Shown: positions 31,510 through 40,620, numbered from the stretch's first letter. The stretch is 64,000 nucleotides of DNA from a virus (IMGVR_UViG_3300022660_000065:24187-88186); one strand, 5' to 3'. Made by a program: numbers and translations. Notes: generated from the letters alone by a model not told the origin.

Positions 31510-31864
31510 AATCCTCAAGTTTTAACACTTTATTTTCAATATATCCCATTAATCTTTTATGGAGGGTTGATAAACGAGTATATTTGTTCCTGTTCTCAGA
31601 CATTACAGGACGTCCCTCAACTTCATCAATTCTTAACATTTGCTCATAATAGAGAACAAGCATTCTAAGCATCCTCTCATTAGACTCAAGTTCCTGAACT
31701 GAAAGCCAATTCATATTTTTTGTCATTGGTGCAATAACGCCTTTCGTTGTACCTTCTAATGCCTCCAGTGTATCCTCCTCTTTTTCAATAATTTTTACAG
31801 GGGGGATATCAATTATTTCATTTTCATGTGTTTTTTCAACTTTTTTTGTATTCTTTTTAGCCAT
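31493..31864 (-). CDS. Hypothetical protein
   Basis: 123-aa ORF with upstream promoter. Confidence 0.55.
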   Translation of the reverse strand: MAKKNTKKVEKTHENEIIDIPPVKIIEKEEDTLEALEGTTKGVIAPMTKNMNWLSVQELESNERMLRMLVLYYEQMLRIDEVEGRPVMSENRNKYTRLSTLHKRLMGYIENKVLKLEDYVWED

Positions 31865-31913
31865 TTTAAAAACTTTTCATTAAAATACAAAAAAGTAATG
31901 TAAAGGTAAAGAA

Positions 31914-31937
31914 AAACAACGCCTTTTGGCGTTGTTT
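31914..31937 (-). terminator. Intrinsic terminator after the guaC C-fragment
   Basis: AAACAACGCC-TTTT-GGCGTTGTTT. Confidence 0.75.
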
Positions 31938-32666
31938 CTACTTATTATGAGCAATTGATTTAACCTCAACCCATTCAGATTCTTTATATTCTTCCAAAGA
32001 AGTTGAATTTGTATATGACATTGCAGATTTTAGGTAATCTATTTCATTTTCAACCCATCCATCAATGGTGTATTCAACTTTTTGATATTTAACGAGTCCC
32101 TCAGCAGTTTTCAACTTAACATCTTTAAGACCGTTTGCTTCCGCTACATGTTTTTGCGCTGTTTTGGTACTCATACCATAATATTGTTTCCAAACAACAA
32201 ATTCACCTTTCTTCCAACGCTCTTTCAACTTATCAAATTTAAGCCTATCAAGCTCTCTTCCATAATAAAGAAGTGTCTTTAGAGGACGAAGAATTTTATA
32301 ACCACGAATATTCCAATAGAACTTACCATAAGTTGTTTTTCCTGCTGATTCAAATGCTTTATTAAAAAGACTTCCAATCATTACATAATCAGCATAAATA
32401 AGAGCCTTTTGGATATCTCTATATCCCTTGATACCTCCATCAGCAATAACTTTACACTTACCATCAATCTTCTTACGTTCCTCATGAATTTCTTTAAGAA
32501 GTGAGAAATAAGGCATGTAAATACCTGTGTTTGAAGCAGTTAAACAGCCTGAATTATGGACAATAATTCCATTAATATTATATGAGCAATTATCTTTAAC
32601 ACTCAAATCATAAACAAAACCATTATATTCATGCTTTGTTATTGATGTAATTTTCGTAATCTTCAT
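31938..32666 (-). CDS. guaC: Split intein C-half (38 aa) fused to GMP reductase/IMPDH C-terminal extein (204 aa)
   Basis: MKITKITSI...VYDLSV...GIIVHN|SGCLT, then VIADGGIK, DYVMIGSLF, YYGMST, AEG, LKSAMSY. Confidence 0.9.
   Translation of the reverse strand: MKITKITSITKHEYNGFVYDLSVKDNCSYNINGIIVHNSGCLTASNTGIYMPYFSLLKEIHEERKKIDGKCKVIADGGIKGYRDIQKALIYADYVMIGSLFNKAFESAGKTTYGKFYWNIRGYKILRPLKTLLYYGRELDRLKFDKLKERWKKGEFVVWKQYYGMSTKTAQKHVAEANGLKDVKLKTAEGLVKYQKVEYTIDGWVENEIDYLKSAMSYTNSTSLEEYKESEWVEVKSIAHNK
32553..32666 (-). mobile_element. Split intein C-part (IntC)
   Basis: Block F (VYDLSV) and block G (IVHN) followed by Ser+1; has its own Met start. Confidence 0.9.
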
Positions 32667-33663
32667 CTTTAATTCTAATAAATTTACATTTTAATAATTC
32701 TTCTATTTCTTTTTGTCTTCTAACATCTTCTTCTTTTAATTCACCATAACGAAAATGAAATTTTTCATCGTACTCATACACAACATTATTTTCAGCATCA
32801 TACCCATCAACCCAATAGCCAAGTTCCTTAATAAAAAATTCGCCCCCATTCAATGCATGTTGTATATTAATATTCTCTCGCTCCATGATTACATCAAAAA
32901 CCTCGCACCCCCTTCTATTAAAAGAAGGACCATTTTTTCTATCCCCATGCATATTGTACCATTGTAAACGTTTTTTAAGACGATATTCAGGGCTTTGTCT
33001 ACTTTCTTTGAGTTTTTCAGAATTAAGCATTCCCTCTCTATGTCGTTTTTGCCATTCGGGATTTTTAAACATACTCTTCATTTTCTCCGATTGTTTTAAT
33101 GACTCTGAAATCATTTTTTTCGTTTCTTCAGTGTGACGTTTACCATAAAACCCGTTTTTCTCACCAGAACATTTTTCTGATATTTTTTCCTTGATTTTAT
33201 TAACATACTCCTCCCCATATTTATCACTTAGCATAGCATAAACATTAACGCCAAACATGGGATTTTTTTCACCACATAATCTACCTTTATTAGATTGTGA
33301 TATCATTTCTTTGGTTTTATTTGTATGTTTTTTACCATAGAAAAAATTTTTTTCCCCCGTTCTATTTTCAGACATTTTCTTTTTTTGCTCTTCTGAAAAT
33401 TTATACCCAAACATAGGGTTTTTTTCTCCCGCAACACGGCATCTAGAACAAAAATACTCATTCTCTACATGCCTTTTTTGTATTTTCTTAATTTTACTGA
33501 TTTTTCCACAATTAGGACATTTTATTTCAAAATTAGTAAAACTAGAATATCTTATTTTTACAGTTTCGTCTTCAGAAACAATAAAAAATAAATGATGATT
33601 AATTTTTTCAATTTTCGTAAACCTTATACCATCTCTTAAAAGCACATTTTTTAAAATCTCCAT
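32629..33663 (-). CDS. Free-standing homing endonuclease (zinc ribbon, NUMOD3-like repeats, Vsr/DUF559-like nuclease)
   Basis: CPNC/CSRC; repeated KNPMFG / FYGKKHT..TK.MIS; C-terminal WVDGYD..NNVVYEYDEKFH..D..RQ..I...FIRI; sits between the two intein halves and overlaps IntC by 38 nt. Confidence 0.85.
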   Translation of the reverse strand: MEILKNVLLRDGIRFTKIEKINHHLFFIVSEDETVKIRYSSFTNFEIKCPNCGKISKIKKIQKRHVENEYFCSRCRVAGEKNPMFGYKFSEEQKKKMSENRTGEKNFFYGKKHTNKTKEMISQSNKGRLCGEKNPMFGVNVYAMLSDKYGEEYVNKIKEKISEKCSGEKNGFYGKRHTEETKKMISESLKQSEKMKSMFKNPEWQKRHREGMLNSEKLKESRQSPEYRLKKRLQWYNMHGDRKNGPSFNRRGCEVFDVIMERENINIQHALNGGEFFIKELGYWVDGYDAENNVVYEYDEKFHFRYGELKEEDVRRQKEIEELLKCKFIRIKDEDYENYINNKA

Positions 33664-33721
33664 ATATTTTATATTTATATATAAATAGTATGACTATTTA
33701 AGAAATGGCATTGGGGGTGAA

Positions 33722-34549
33722 CTACAACTCAATTAAACTTTCATTTTCTTTATCAATTAACCACACAGGTTTCCAATAAGCATATTCATGAATATTTTCA
33801 TCATTTATTTTATCAATATCTTCATTTTTAACTACATAAAATTCATGATTTTCAGTACATTCAATACCATTTATTTCGTAAATTGTGTCATTCTTTTCAA
33901 ACTTATGTTTTTCAAGTACTTCTTTGAATTCACCAGTATGTGTCTGTACACAATCACCTATTTCAATGTCTTTTATTCTCTTTAAGCCTTTATTAGTTTT
34001 AACCTCCATATTTTCCGTGAAGCAGCCCCCACCAATTCCAACTCTTACATAATCTACTCTCGCCTTTTCATATTCAATATATGTCTTAGGATTCGCAATA
34101 TTTCCTGTCATGATAACAATTTCAGGATGCTTCATCTTAATTGCCTTAACGATATCAAGAAGATTCTCCATATGACCGTTTGCAAGGTCAATACAAATTT
34201 TGCATCCCCACCCATTCTTTATAGTATCATAAAAAACATATTTCTCAAGATTATTGTCAACGAACAAATCCTTTGCTTCACTGAGAGAAAAAGCAACAAA
34301 ATTATTAATCTCGAAAAGCATCTGAATACGATTTGACAAAGGTACGGTACGTGGAACTACAATGTTAAGTGAGTTTCGCGCAAAGTCATCATAATTTCCT
34401 TCATTAATTACCGTATCCATTGGTGAAACAAAAATTGGTAGCCTACCAAATTCATCGCATGGGTTACACTCATTACGTGTCTTTATTTTAGTTATAATCG
34501 CAGGTACAATCGCGACATCATCATAACCAAGTTTTAATCTATCACTCAT
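33722..34549 (-). CDS. guaC: GMP reductase/IMPDH N-terminal extein (175 aa) fused to split intein N-half (100 aa)
   Basis: LGYDDVAIVP, FVSPMDTV, CIDLANGH, MTGNIA, VRVGIGGG|CFTENMEVKT...TENHEF...SLIEL*. Confidence 0.9.
   Translation of the reverse strand: MSDRLKLGYDDVAIVPAIITKIKTRNECNPCDEFGRLPIFVSPMDTVINEGNYDDFARNSLNIVVPRTVPLSNRIQMLFEINNFVAFSLSEAKDLFVDNNLEKYVFYDTIKNGWGCKICIDLANGHMENLLDIVKAIKMKHPEIVIMTGNIANPKTYIEYEKARVDYVRVGIGGGCFTENMEVKTNKGLKRIKDIEIGDCVQTHTGEFKEVLEKHKFEKNDTIYEINGIECTENHEFYVVKNEDIDKINDENIHEYAYWKPVWLIDKENESLIEL
33725..34024 (-). mobile_element. Split intein N-part (IntN)
   Basis: Block A starts at Cys1 (CFTENMEVKT), block B is TENH (TxxH); followed by a TAG stop. Confidence 0.9.
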
Positions 34550-34799
34550 AATTTCTTTCGTTTATATTAATACGCAATTCTTCAAAGTCAAATTTAGGTG
34601 TTATGGTATCAAGAATTTCAAAATCAGCAGTTAAATCCCAAAATGTTAGATTTTGAACATTTCTCCACTTGACATATTTCCCTGAATCAGAAAACTCAAG
34701 AACGGTCATCTCAAATGGATTGTCAAGACAACCATTAGCACGAGTTGCAACAAATCTTTTTTCAATGTTATTTTTATCAGCAGTTAGTAACTTTCTCAT
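34542..34799 (-). CDS. Hypothetical protein
   Basis: 85-aa ORF overlapping both neighbours. Confidence 0.55.
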   Translation of the reverse strand: MRKLLTADKNNIEKRFVATRANGCLDNPFEMTVLEFSDSGKYVKWRNVQNLTFWDLTADFEILDTITPKFDFEELRININERNYE

Positions 34800-35359
34800 T
34801 TTGTCCTCTCCTTTTCAATCGCATATGCAAGTTCATTTGCCTGTAAAACTATAAGTGAAATGATATTGATAAGTTGTTTCTGAGACTTTAACTCATCGCC
34901 ATCCTTATCGAGAACCCTCATGGCTTCAAACTCAATTGGGGTGAATTTAACCCCAGCATTAGTGGCAAGACAAAGACTCCTCTCACCCACTTTCAACACA
35001 CCTTCAGTATTGGCAAACTTATATTTATATCCCCTTTTAAGCCCCCAAGTATCATCGTTTTCAACGAACATTTCTGTCTTGGCTATCTGATGAAGAAGAC
35101 ATACTTTAACTAACGAATTATCATCAATATTCGGGAAGGTACCTGAAATATTCTTAGCAATTTTTCTTGCAAGTCCCAAAACCAAATTACAATGCATGAC
35201 AAGACCTCCCGGAAAAGCATTGCCTGTATCTTCCGACATTCCTGCAGGTGCATTAAAAAGTTTATTTTCATTAACAATATCAAGCGGACTGATATTGATT
35301 TTCATTAATTCTGAGCAAAAATTTGTATACTCAACATTTTGTCGTTCTTGTGTTAGCAT
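34796..35359 (-). CDS. HD-domain-like hydrolase (YhaM-like, degenerate)
   Basis: APA...AFPGGLVMHC...CLLHQIAK pattern (HD Asp replaced by Gln); likely start ATG 35359, preceded by TATCTTTG. Confidence 0.6.
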   Translation of the reverse strand: MLTQERQNVEYTNFCSELMKINISPLDIVNENKLFNAPAGMSEDTGNAFPGGLVMHCNLVLGLARKIAKNISGTFPNIDDNSLVKVCLLHQIAKTEMFVENDDTWGLKRGYKYKFANTEGVLKVGERSLCLATNAGVKFTPIEFEAMRVLDKDGDELKSQKQLINIISLIVLQANELAYAIEKERTK

Positions 35360-35415
35360 AATAAATAAAATTTTATCCAATGGCAAAGATAGTTTTTTAT
35401 TTTCAAAAAACAAAA

Positions 35416-35442
35416 AACTGCGAGTAAAAAACACTCGCAGTT
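35416..35442 (-). terminator. Intrinsic terminator
   Basis: AACTGCGAGT-loop-ACTCGCAGTT. Confidence 0.7.
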
Positions 35443-35472
35443 AAAAAAAACAATTTAATATGGATGATAGAA

Positions 35473-36705
35473 TCACGATTTCTTGACAATCTCTTTATAC
35501 CAAGCAGCACGTTCTGCCGTTACATTAGACAAATTATATTTATCTTTAATTGTCTCGTGAAGGTTAGTTCTTAATTTTTCAATATAGTCAGGGTTCTTGA
35601 CAAGTTTTTCAATGGCTTTAGCCCAATCCTTATCTTTTTTCATATTATCAATGAGAATTACATTTCCCTCTTCATTGATTTTTCCCCCTTTTTCAAAGAA
35701 ATTTTTAGTTCCAATCTTATACGGACCAAAATCAGAAACAATTACGGCCTTCTTCATCATACCAGCTTCAATAAGTTTCAACTCAGATTTAAATGAATTG
35801 AATTTATTATCAGCAAGAGGAACCATTAGGACATCAATTTCATTATAATGAGTACAATAGTTCATAATATCTTTTGTCCAACATCTTTTATAAGGTTCAT
35901 TGTCAACATTAGGATACTGAACATTTGGCATATATGCTTTTAAGAATTCGCTATAATGAGGTGAAACTGTTTTATAATCATCAGTCAAAAGTTTTTCATA
36001 AACATACCACACGCTTTCAGTTGGTTTAATAGGACGTGTTGTCATTTCACCCCTTTCATTAAACATCTGTATCGTTCCGCGAAGGTCATAGCCACAAAGG
36101 ACAATCTGAATCTTATCCATAATATCCTTAGGAAGTCTATTAACCATACCCCTTACAATTTCAAGGTCGTGCTGATGAGAGGAACCCATAATGAAACCAA
36201 ACCTAATTCTATCAGTCTTTTTAATATCCTTAGGAATGAACTGTTCTTCCTCAGGGTCAATAGCATTAACGAAAATCTTAACATTTGGATTAAACTTTTT
36301 CAACTCAGCCTCAAAAATAGGGGTTGTTGTGGTAACATAATCCGCAAGAGGGACGTTTTCCTTAATAATCTTATCAATACCTGTATTCTTATACCCCAAA
36401 TAATTAGGATGGAACGGCCCGAGGTCCCAATAATCATCAATATCCATTACTGTAGTAATGTTATTTTCCTTACAGAATTGAAGAGCCTTGCGAAATCCTT
36501 CAATATCATTGTACACACCTTTGTGAAAATGTACAATATCCTGTTTCTTAATAGTTTCAAGGTCTCGCCAATTGAAATCGTATTTTATTGTAACATCAAA
36601 TTCATCAGGATAAAGTTCCTGTAGTTTAGTATGAGGTCTAAGAGAACGATAGTAACCACACCCAAAGGTATCACTTGGTACAACCAATACTTTTATTTTT
36701 TTCAT
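35473..36705 (-). CDS. Glycosyltransferase, GT-B fold (family 4-like)
   Basis: GCGYYRS..P, DIDDYW, ADYVTTTT, IDVLMVPL..NKFNSFKSELKLIEAG..KKAVIVSDFGPY. Confidence 0.85.
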   Translation of the reverse strand: MKKIKVLVVPSDTFGCGYYRSLRPHTKLQELYPDEFDVTIKYDFNWRDLETIKKQDIVHFHKGVYNDIEGFRKALQFCKENNITTVMDIDDYWDLGPFHPNYLGYKNTGIDKIIKENVPLADYVTTTTPIFEAELKKFNPNVKIFVNAIDPEEEQFIPKDIKKTDRIRFGFIMGSSHQHDLEIVRGMVNRLPKDIMDKIQIVLCGYDLRGTIQMFNERGEMTTRPIKPTESVWYVYEKLLTDDYKTVSPHYSEFLKAYMPNVQYPNVDNEPYKRCWTKDIMNYCTHYNEIDVLMVPLADNKFNSFKSELKLIEAGMMKKAVIVSDFGPYKIGTKNFFEKGGKINEEGNVILIDNMKKDKDWAKAIEKLVKNPDYIEKLRTNLHETIKDKYNLSNVTAERAAWYKEIVKKS

Positions 36706-36768
36706 TCTTTAACTTTTTAAGGAAAATACGCTCTTTTTTGAAAAATGTAAATAAAAAAGAGGTTATTT

Positions 36769-37374
36769 CTAACCTCTTTTCTTATTCTTCTGTTCATTAA
36801 CATTTCCTTTATATTCGAGAACTGCTGAAAAAACATTTCCCGCATGGTCTGTTAACATGATTTTTCCTTCTTTTAGGCGCACCCCTTTAATTACACTTTC
36901 ATTAAGCGATTTCAGTTTTCTATCAAGACATTCATCAACAATAGATTTAAACCATTCGCGGTCAAGACCAAAACCATCAGGCTGAGATACAACCCCTTCA
37001 TTGATAGCCCTTTTTCCCCTTTCCTGACGTTCATTTTCAGCAATTATTGCTTCCATTCCCGCATAAAAGTTTTTTTCACGTTGATAATCAGGATTAAGAC
37101 AATCAACATTGATTTCGGTTTCCATAAATGATTTTTTTATAACATCAGGAAGTCCTGATTCACTAATGGACCTACCTCCACCTTGTTGTTTACCTGTTAT
37201 CTGTGAAAGGTCATATCCCGCTTCATAAAGTTGGCCTTCAGTCATATAAGTTTCAGGTGCCGCATCGAAGTTAACCGAAGAAATACCCTGCCCGCGATAT
37301 TCGCTCATTTTTTTCTCCATATCAGGGCTACACAATGCCTGTGCCCTTCGTAATGATTCCGCATTAAATCCCAT
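36769..37374 (-). CDS. Hypothetical protein
   Basis: 201-aa ORF; terminator hairpin 36755-36780 at its end. Confidence 0.6.
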   Translation of the reverse strand: MGFNAESLRRAQALCSPDMEKKMSEYRGQGISSVNFDAAPETYMTEGQLYEAGYDLSQITGKQQGGGRSISESGLPDVIKKSFMETEINVDCLNPDYQREKNFYAGMEAIIAENERQERGKRAINEGVVSQPDGFGLDREWFKSIVDECLDRKLKSLNESVIKGVRLKEGKIMLTDHAGNVFSAVLEYKGNVNEQKNKKRG

Positions 37375-37395
37375 TTTTAAAATATTTTCTTTTTA

Positions 37396-38319
37396 TTAAG
37401 AAAGTCCCCATTCTTTACGTATTGCTTCAATGTCATCATTCGAGAGTTCATATTCAACGCCTCTATTGTTAACATCCGCTTTAGTTATCGGGGATGAACC
37501 TGCAGGTTTAATTGTGCTACTTCCCACAGGGCTTGAATTTCCAATATCTGTTTTTGTAATTGGCTTTGTCTGTGGCGCATTAATTTTATCTGCAGTCTTT
37601 CCTTTAATAATATTAAAGAGTTCTTGCTCATTGTCAAGCCTTTCCCCACGTTTCTTTGCTTGAGCAAGTTTTCTACGGGCATTATCCTTATCAATTTGCT
37701 TCATCATTTCAGGAGAAACCATTCGTTTATTAGGAGTATTAACCTGAGCCTTGATTCCTTGTAATGGGTCTTCATGTTGAGGTACATATTTCATGAGGTC
37801 CTGAACTATTTCTTCCGACCCATATTGTTCGCCTTGTTTCAATGCACTATCAATTTCCTTTTCTCTTTCTTTTGGAGAAACATCGGCCTTTGTTATAGGT
37901 TCATTACCAATCTTAGGAAACTGTACTGTTTTAGGTCGCCCTTTAATATCAGCAATGTTATATACAATACTCATTGATTCGTCTCCATTTTCATTAAAGC
38001 CATTCAAAACTTCACCCTTAAATGTCTTTTTTAATGGACGCCATCTTTTAATTCTGTCAAGGCGGAAAAATTTCCATGCAGGGACTTTCGTCTTGGTATC
38101 ACCATACGGTTCAAATGCTCTTATGACAGGATTCCCCGATTTTGTGAGACCATAAGCCACAGGATATATGATGCGACGACCTGTTGCAACCGGCTCCCCC
38201 CCCGAATTATAACGTATTTCCACCTGAGTTAGGTTGTTAATAGCGTCATTCACGTTGGACACTGTTGCAATACTTTCATTAATGAAAGCCTCTTCCAATA
38301 GTCTCTTGAAATAATCCAT
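37396..38319 (-). CDS. WYL-domain protein
   Basis: VEIRYNSG...RRIIYPVAYG...VIRAF...WKFFRLDRI (WYL signature) plus a low-complexity C-terminus. Confidence 0.75.
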   Translation of the reverse strand: MDYFKRLLEEAFINESIATVSNVNDAINNLTQVEIRYNSGGEPVATGRRIIYPVAYGLTKSGNPVIRAFEPYGDTKTKVPAWKFFRLDRIKRWRPLKKTFKGEVLNGFNENGDESMSIVYNIADIKGRPKTVQFPKIGNEPITKADVSPKEREKEIDSALKQGEQYGSEEIVQDLMKYVPQHEDPLQGIKAQVNTPNKRMVSPEMMKQIDKDNARRKLAQAKKRGERLDNEQELFNIIKGKTADKINAPQTKPITKTDIGNSSPVGSSTIKPAGSSPITKADVNNRGVEYELSNDDIEAIRKEWGLS

Positions 38320-38326
38320 AATAAAA

Positions 38327-38728
38327 TTACTTTATGAAAAACTGTCCGTCTTCGATATTTGCTGAAGTATCAATACTATTTAAACCGTATTGATTATCCT
38401 TATCATAAATGTTAATTGTCTGAAGCCATTTACGGCCACCATCAACACCTGGACGCCCATTGATGTCATATGCACCGCCACCATTCTCAGTGTCAATTTG
38501 CGGGCTAATGCGATTTTTAGTCAATTCATTATATCCCATAGGTACGGTATGCTGATGCCCGCCTGAACGGGTACCTTTTCCAAGTGGCTTGGTTACATCA
38601 CCCTCATGCCATACAGCAGTATCATGGTCGGGACCATAAGGATTAGTTTTCTTAATATCGTTTCTAACAAGTTCATGCTCATTTCTGCGCTCGAAACCGA
38701 TTTTTTCGAGATTTGACTGTTTAGCCAT
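38327..38728 (-). CDS. Hypothetical protein
   Basis: 133-aa ORF in a tight operon. Confidence 0.6.
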   Translation of the reverse strand: MAKQSNLEKIGFERRNEHELVRNDIKKTNPYGPDHDTAVWHEGDVTKPLGKGTRSGGHQHTVPMGYNELTKNRISPQIDTENGGGAYDINGRPGVDGGRKWLQTINIYDKDNQYGLNSIDTSANIEDGQFFIK

Positions 38729-38747
38729 TTCCTATACTATTTTATTT

Positions 38748-39437
38748 TTATTCTTGGTAAGTTATACCATTATTATTCTTTTTTGTATGGGCCTGCCCAT
38801 TACCTGAATTTTTAGTACCCCCTGCTTTCTGATAGACATTTTCAAAACCCATCGCAGCGCGGTTTGCCTTATCGCTTTCCACAGCACCCCTATATGATTT
38901 CAATGAGTTCTGAACCCATTGTTCCATTTTTTCGCCACCAATGAGATTATAGTTGTTAATATCCTTTTTACCTTCTCTTTCAAAAAAACTTTTCAGTTGT
39001 TTCATCTCATCATATTTGATATTCCTCTGATTGATAAGGTTATTAAGACGGTCCCAACCTGCAGCATTTTTATCCCCGTTATACATCCTGCAATTATTCT
39101 GTAATTGAGAATATAATTCTTCCGGAATGGTCCAAGTCCTACCCTGACCCATAGGGACATTCTCACTCAATGTTTTTTTTTTCTCTGCACTGCAATTCAT
39201 TACAAGAGGCTGATGACGTGAAGTACCATTAAAGCCATATGTCTTAGATAAAGTCCTTGCATAATCATCACCCGTCATTGGGTTACCATCCTTTTTCTTG
39301 GATAATTTACCACTAACAGAAACCTCAGTATTTCCATTGAATTCTTTAAAATCCCCTTCCATATTATCAAGATATGAAGAATCAACACCGAGTATTTCAT
39401 TTAATTGTCTTTCAGATATGATAATCGTTTTTCCCAT
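38748..39437 (-). CDS. Hypothetical protein with leader (MGKTIIISERQLNEIL)
   Basis: 229-aa ORF; ACTATTTAT on the minus strand at 39457-39465. Confidence 0.6.
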   Translation of the reverse strand: MGKTIIISERQLNEILGVDSSYLDNMEGDFKEFNGNTEVSVSGKLSKKKDGNPMTGDDYARTLSKTYGFNGTSRHQPLVMNCSAEKKKTLSENVPMGQGRTWTIPEELYSQLQNNCRMYNGDKNAAGWDRLNNLINQRNIKYDEMKQLKSFFEREGKKDINNYNLIGGEKMEQWVQNSLKSYRGAVESDKANRAAMGFENVYQKAGGTKNSGNGQAHTKKNNNGITYQE

Positions 39438-39476
39438 TAGTATACAATATATAACGATAAATAGTTGAATAAAAGA

Positions 39477-39501
39477 AAACCACCTCGAAATGAGGTGGTT
39501 T
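39477..39501 (-). terminator. Intrinsic terminator
   Basis: AAACCACCTC-GAAAT-GAGGTGGTTT. Confidence 0.75.
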
Positions 39502-39503
39502 AA

Positions 39504-40127
39504 TTATGCGTAAATTGTCCAAATTTCTTTAAACTTATTAAGGTCTTTGTTTTTCACTAATGTATAACCATCAGAACCATATGAACTACCCCATGAATTT
39601 CTTATAATTATACCATCGGTATTATACCCAACTATTGAAACTGCATGGTAACCGACAAAATCGCCATACTTTTCATTCCAAAACTCGTCAGCACTATCGG
39701 AATTATAAACCGGGAGAACACCAACACAAGGTCCATTTGCAACTACAGCAAATTTAATAGCAGGGATTGATTTTACCATTGCATAACTTCCTATCTTATA
39801 GTTGCCTTTTTTAGTTTTAACCCCATTTTCCATAAGGTATGTAAATGCATCTTTGAATGTCATGCCTTCACCTTCAGTTGTCCTACTGTTGAAAATATCA
39901 AAGAGCGCAACTTTATTATCTTTCGGTTTCCCATCAGCAAGGTTAAGCCTCCAATTTATATTTGCAGATAAAGAACATGGTACGCATATTGGGTCGGCAC
40001 CTTGGTTTAAAACACTTGGAAGGTATTTCTTATAAGAATATTCTTTTGGTAAACCCATGTTTTTGGGTTCTTTGAAAACCTGTTCGGTTCCGTCAATTAT
40101 TGACGGAATAAATCCTGAGTTAAACAT
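39504..40127 (-). CDS. Papain-like (C1) cysteine peptidase
   Basis: NQGADPICVPCS (Q..C), YHAVSIVGY (His), IRNSWG..YG.DGY (Asn). Confidence 0.88.
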   Translation of the reverse strand: MFNSGFIPSIIDGTEQVFKEPKNMGLPKEYSYKKYLPSVLNQGADPICVPCSLSANINWRLNLADGKPKDNKVALFDIFNSRTTEGEGMTFKDAFTYLMENGVKTKKGNYKIGSYAMVKSIPAIKFAVVANGPCVGVLPVYNSDSADEFWNEKYGDFVGYHAVSIVGYNTDGIIIRNSWGSSYGSDGYTLVKNKDLNKFKEIWTIYA

Positions 40128-40129
40128 GC

Positions 40130-40474
40130 CTATTTCGTTTTATCTTCAATTATTATATCTCTAATATCAAGGAAATATGTTGAATCAGGACTAAGGGTTA
40201 AGACATAAACTCTATTTGTATCAGTATCCTTTATATATACCCATTGTTTTGTGAGTTTATAATCAGAACTGTAAAATCCCATCTCAAGCCACTCACTAAG
40301 GTCTGTGGATAGAGTATCAAGTTCGCATCTCTTAAGAAAGTCAGAATATTCAATTTCGCCGTTGAATATCTCCACCATGGAACCATCAGTACCAATATTT
40401 TTCCATGTATGCTTTGCAGGCCCACACGTTACAAACAACAGCATGACCACAATAAAAACCAACAATTTTTTCAT
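40130..40474 (-). CDS. Putative lipoprotein
   Basis: MKKLLVFIVVMLLFVT-C-G: basic N-region, hydrophobic core, Cys; ACTATTTAT at 40492-40500. Confidence 0.6.
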   Translation of the reverse strand: MKKLLVFIVVMLLFVTCGPAKHTWKNIGTDGSMVEIFNGEIEYSDFLKRCELDTLSTDLSEWLEMGFYSSDYKLTKQWVYIKDTDTNRVYVLTLSPDSTYFLDIRDIIIEDKTK

Positions 40475-40620
40475 ATATTTTCACTTTTAACATAAATAGT
40501 TTTTCAGTCACTAATTTTAAGTACAAACAAATATATACCTTTATAATGAATACACATTTTACTTATATATGCTTACACGAAAAAACGGGACTTGCTGTGA
40601 AGCACATCCCGTTTCAATTT

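Noticed and set aside
33679-33690. Canonical T4 late promoter TATAAATA on the + strand
   Set aside because: No + strand gene lies downstream. It is the reverse complement of the ACTATTTAT motif serving the minus-strand endonuclease gene.
33664-33721. Group I intron as the explanation for the broken guaC
   Set aside because: There are only about 58 nt between IntN and the endonuclease, and the endonuclease overlaps the C-ORF, leaving no room for a ribozyme core. Complete intein motifs on both halves explain the break.
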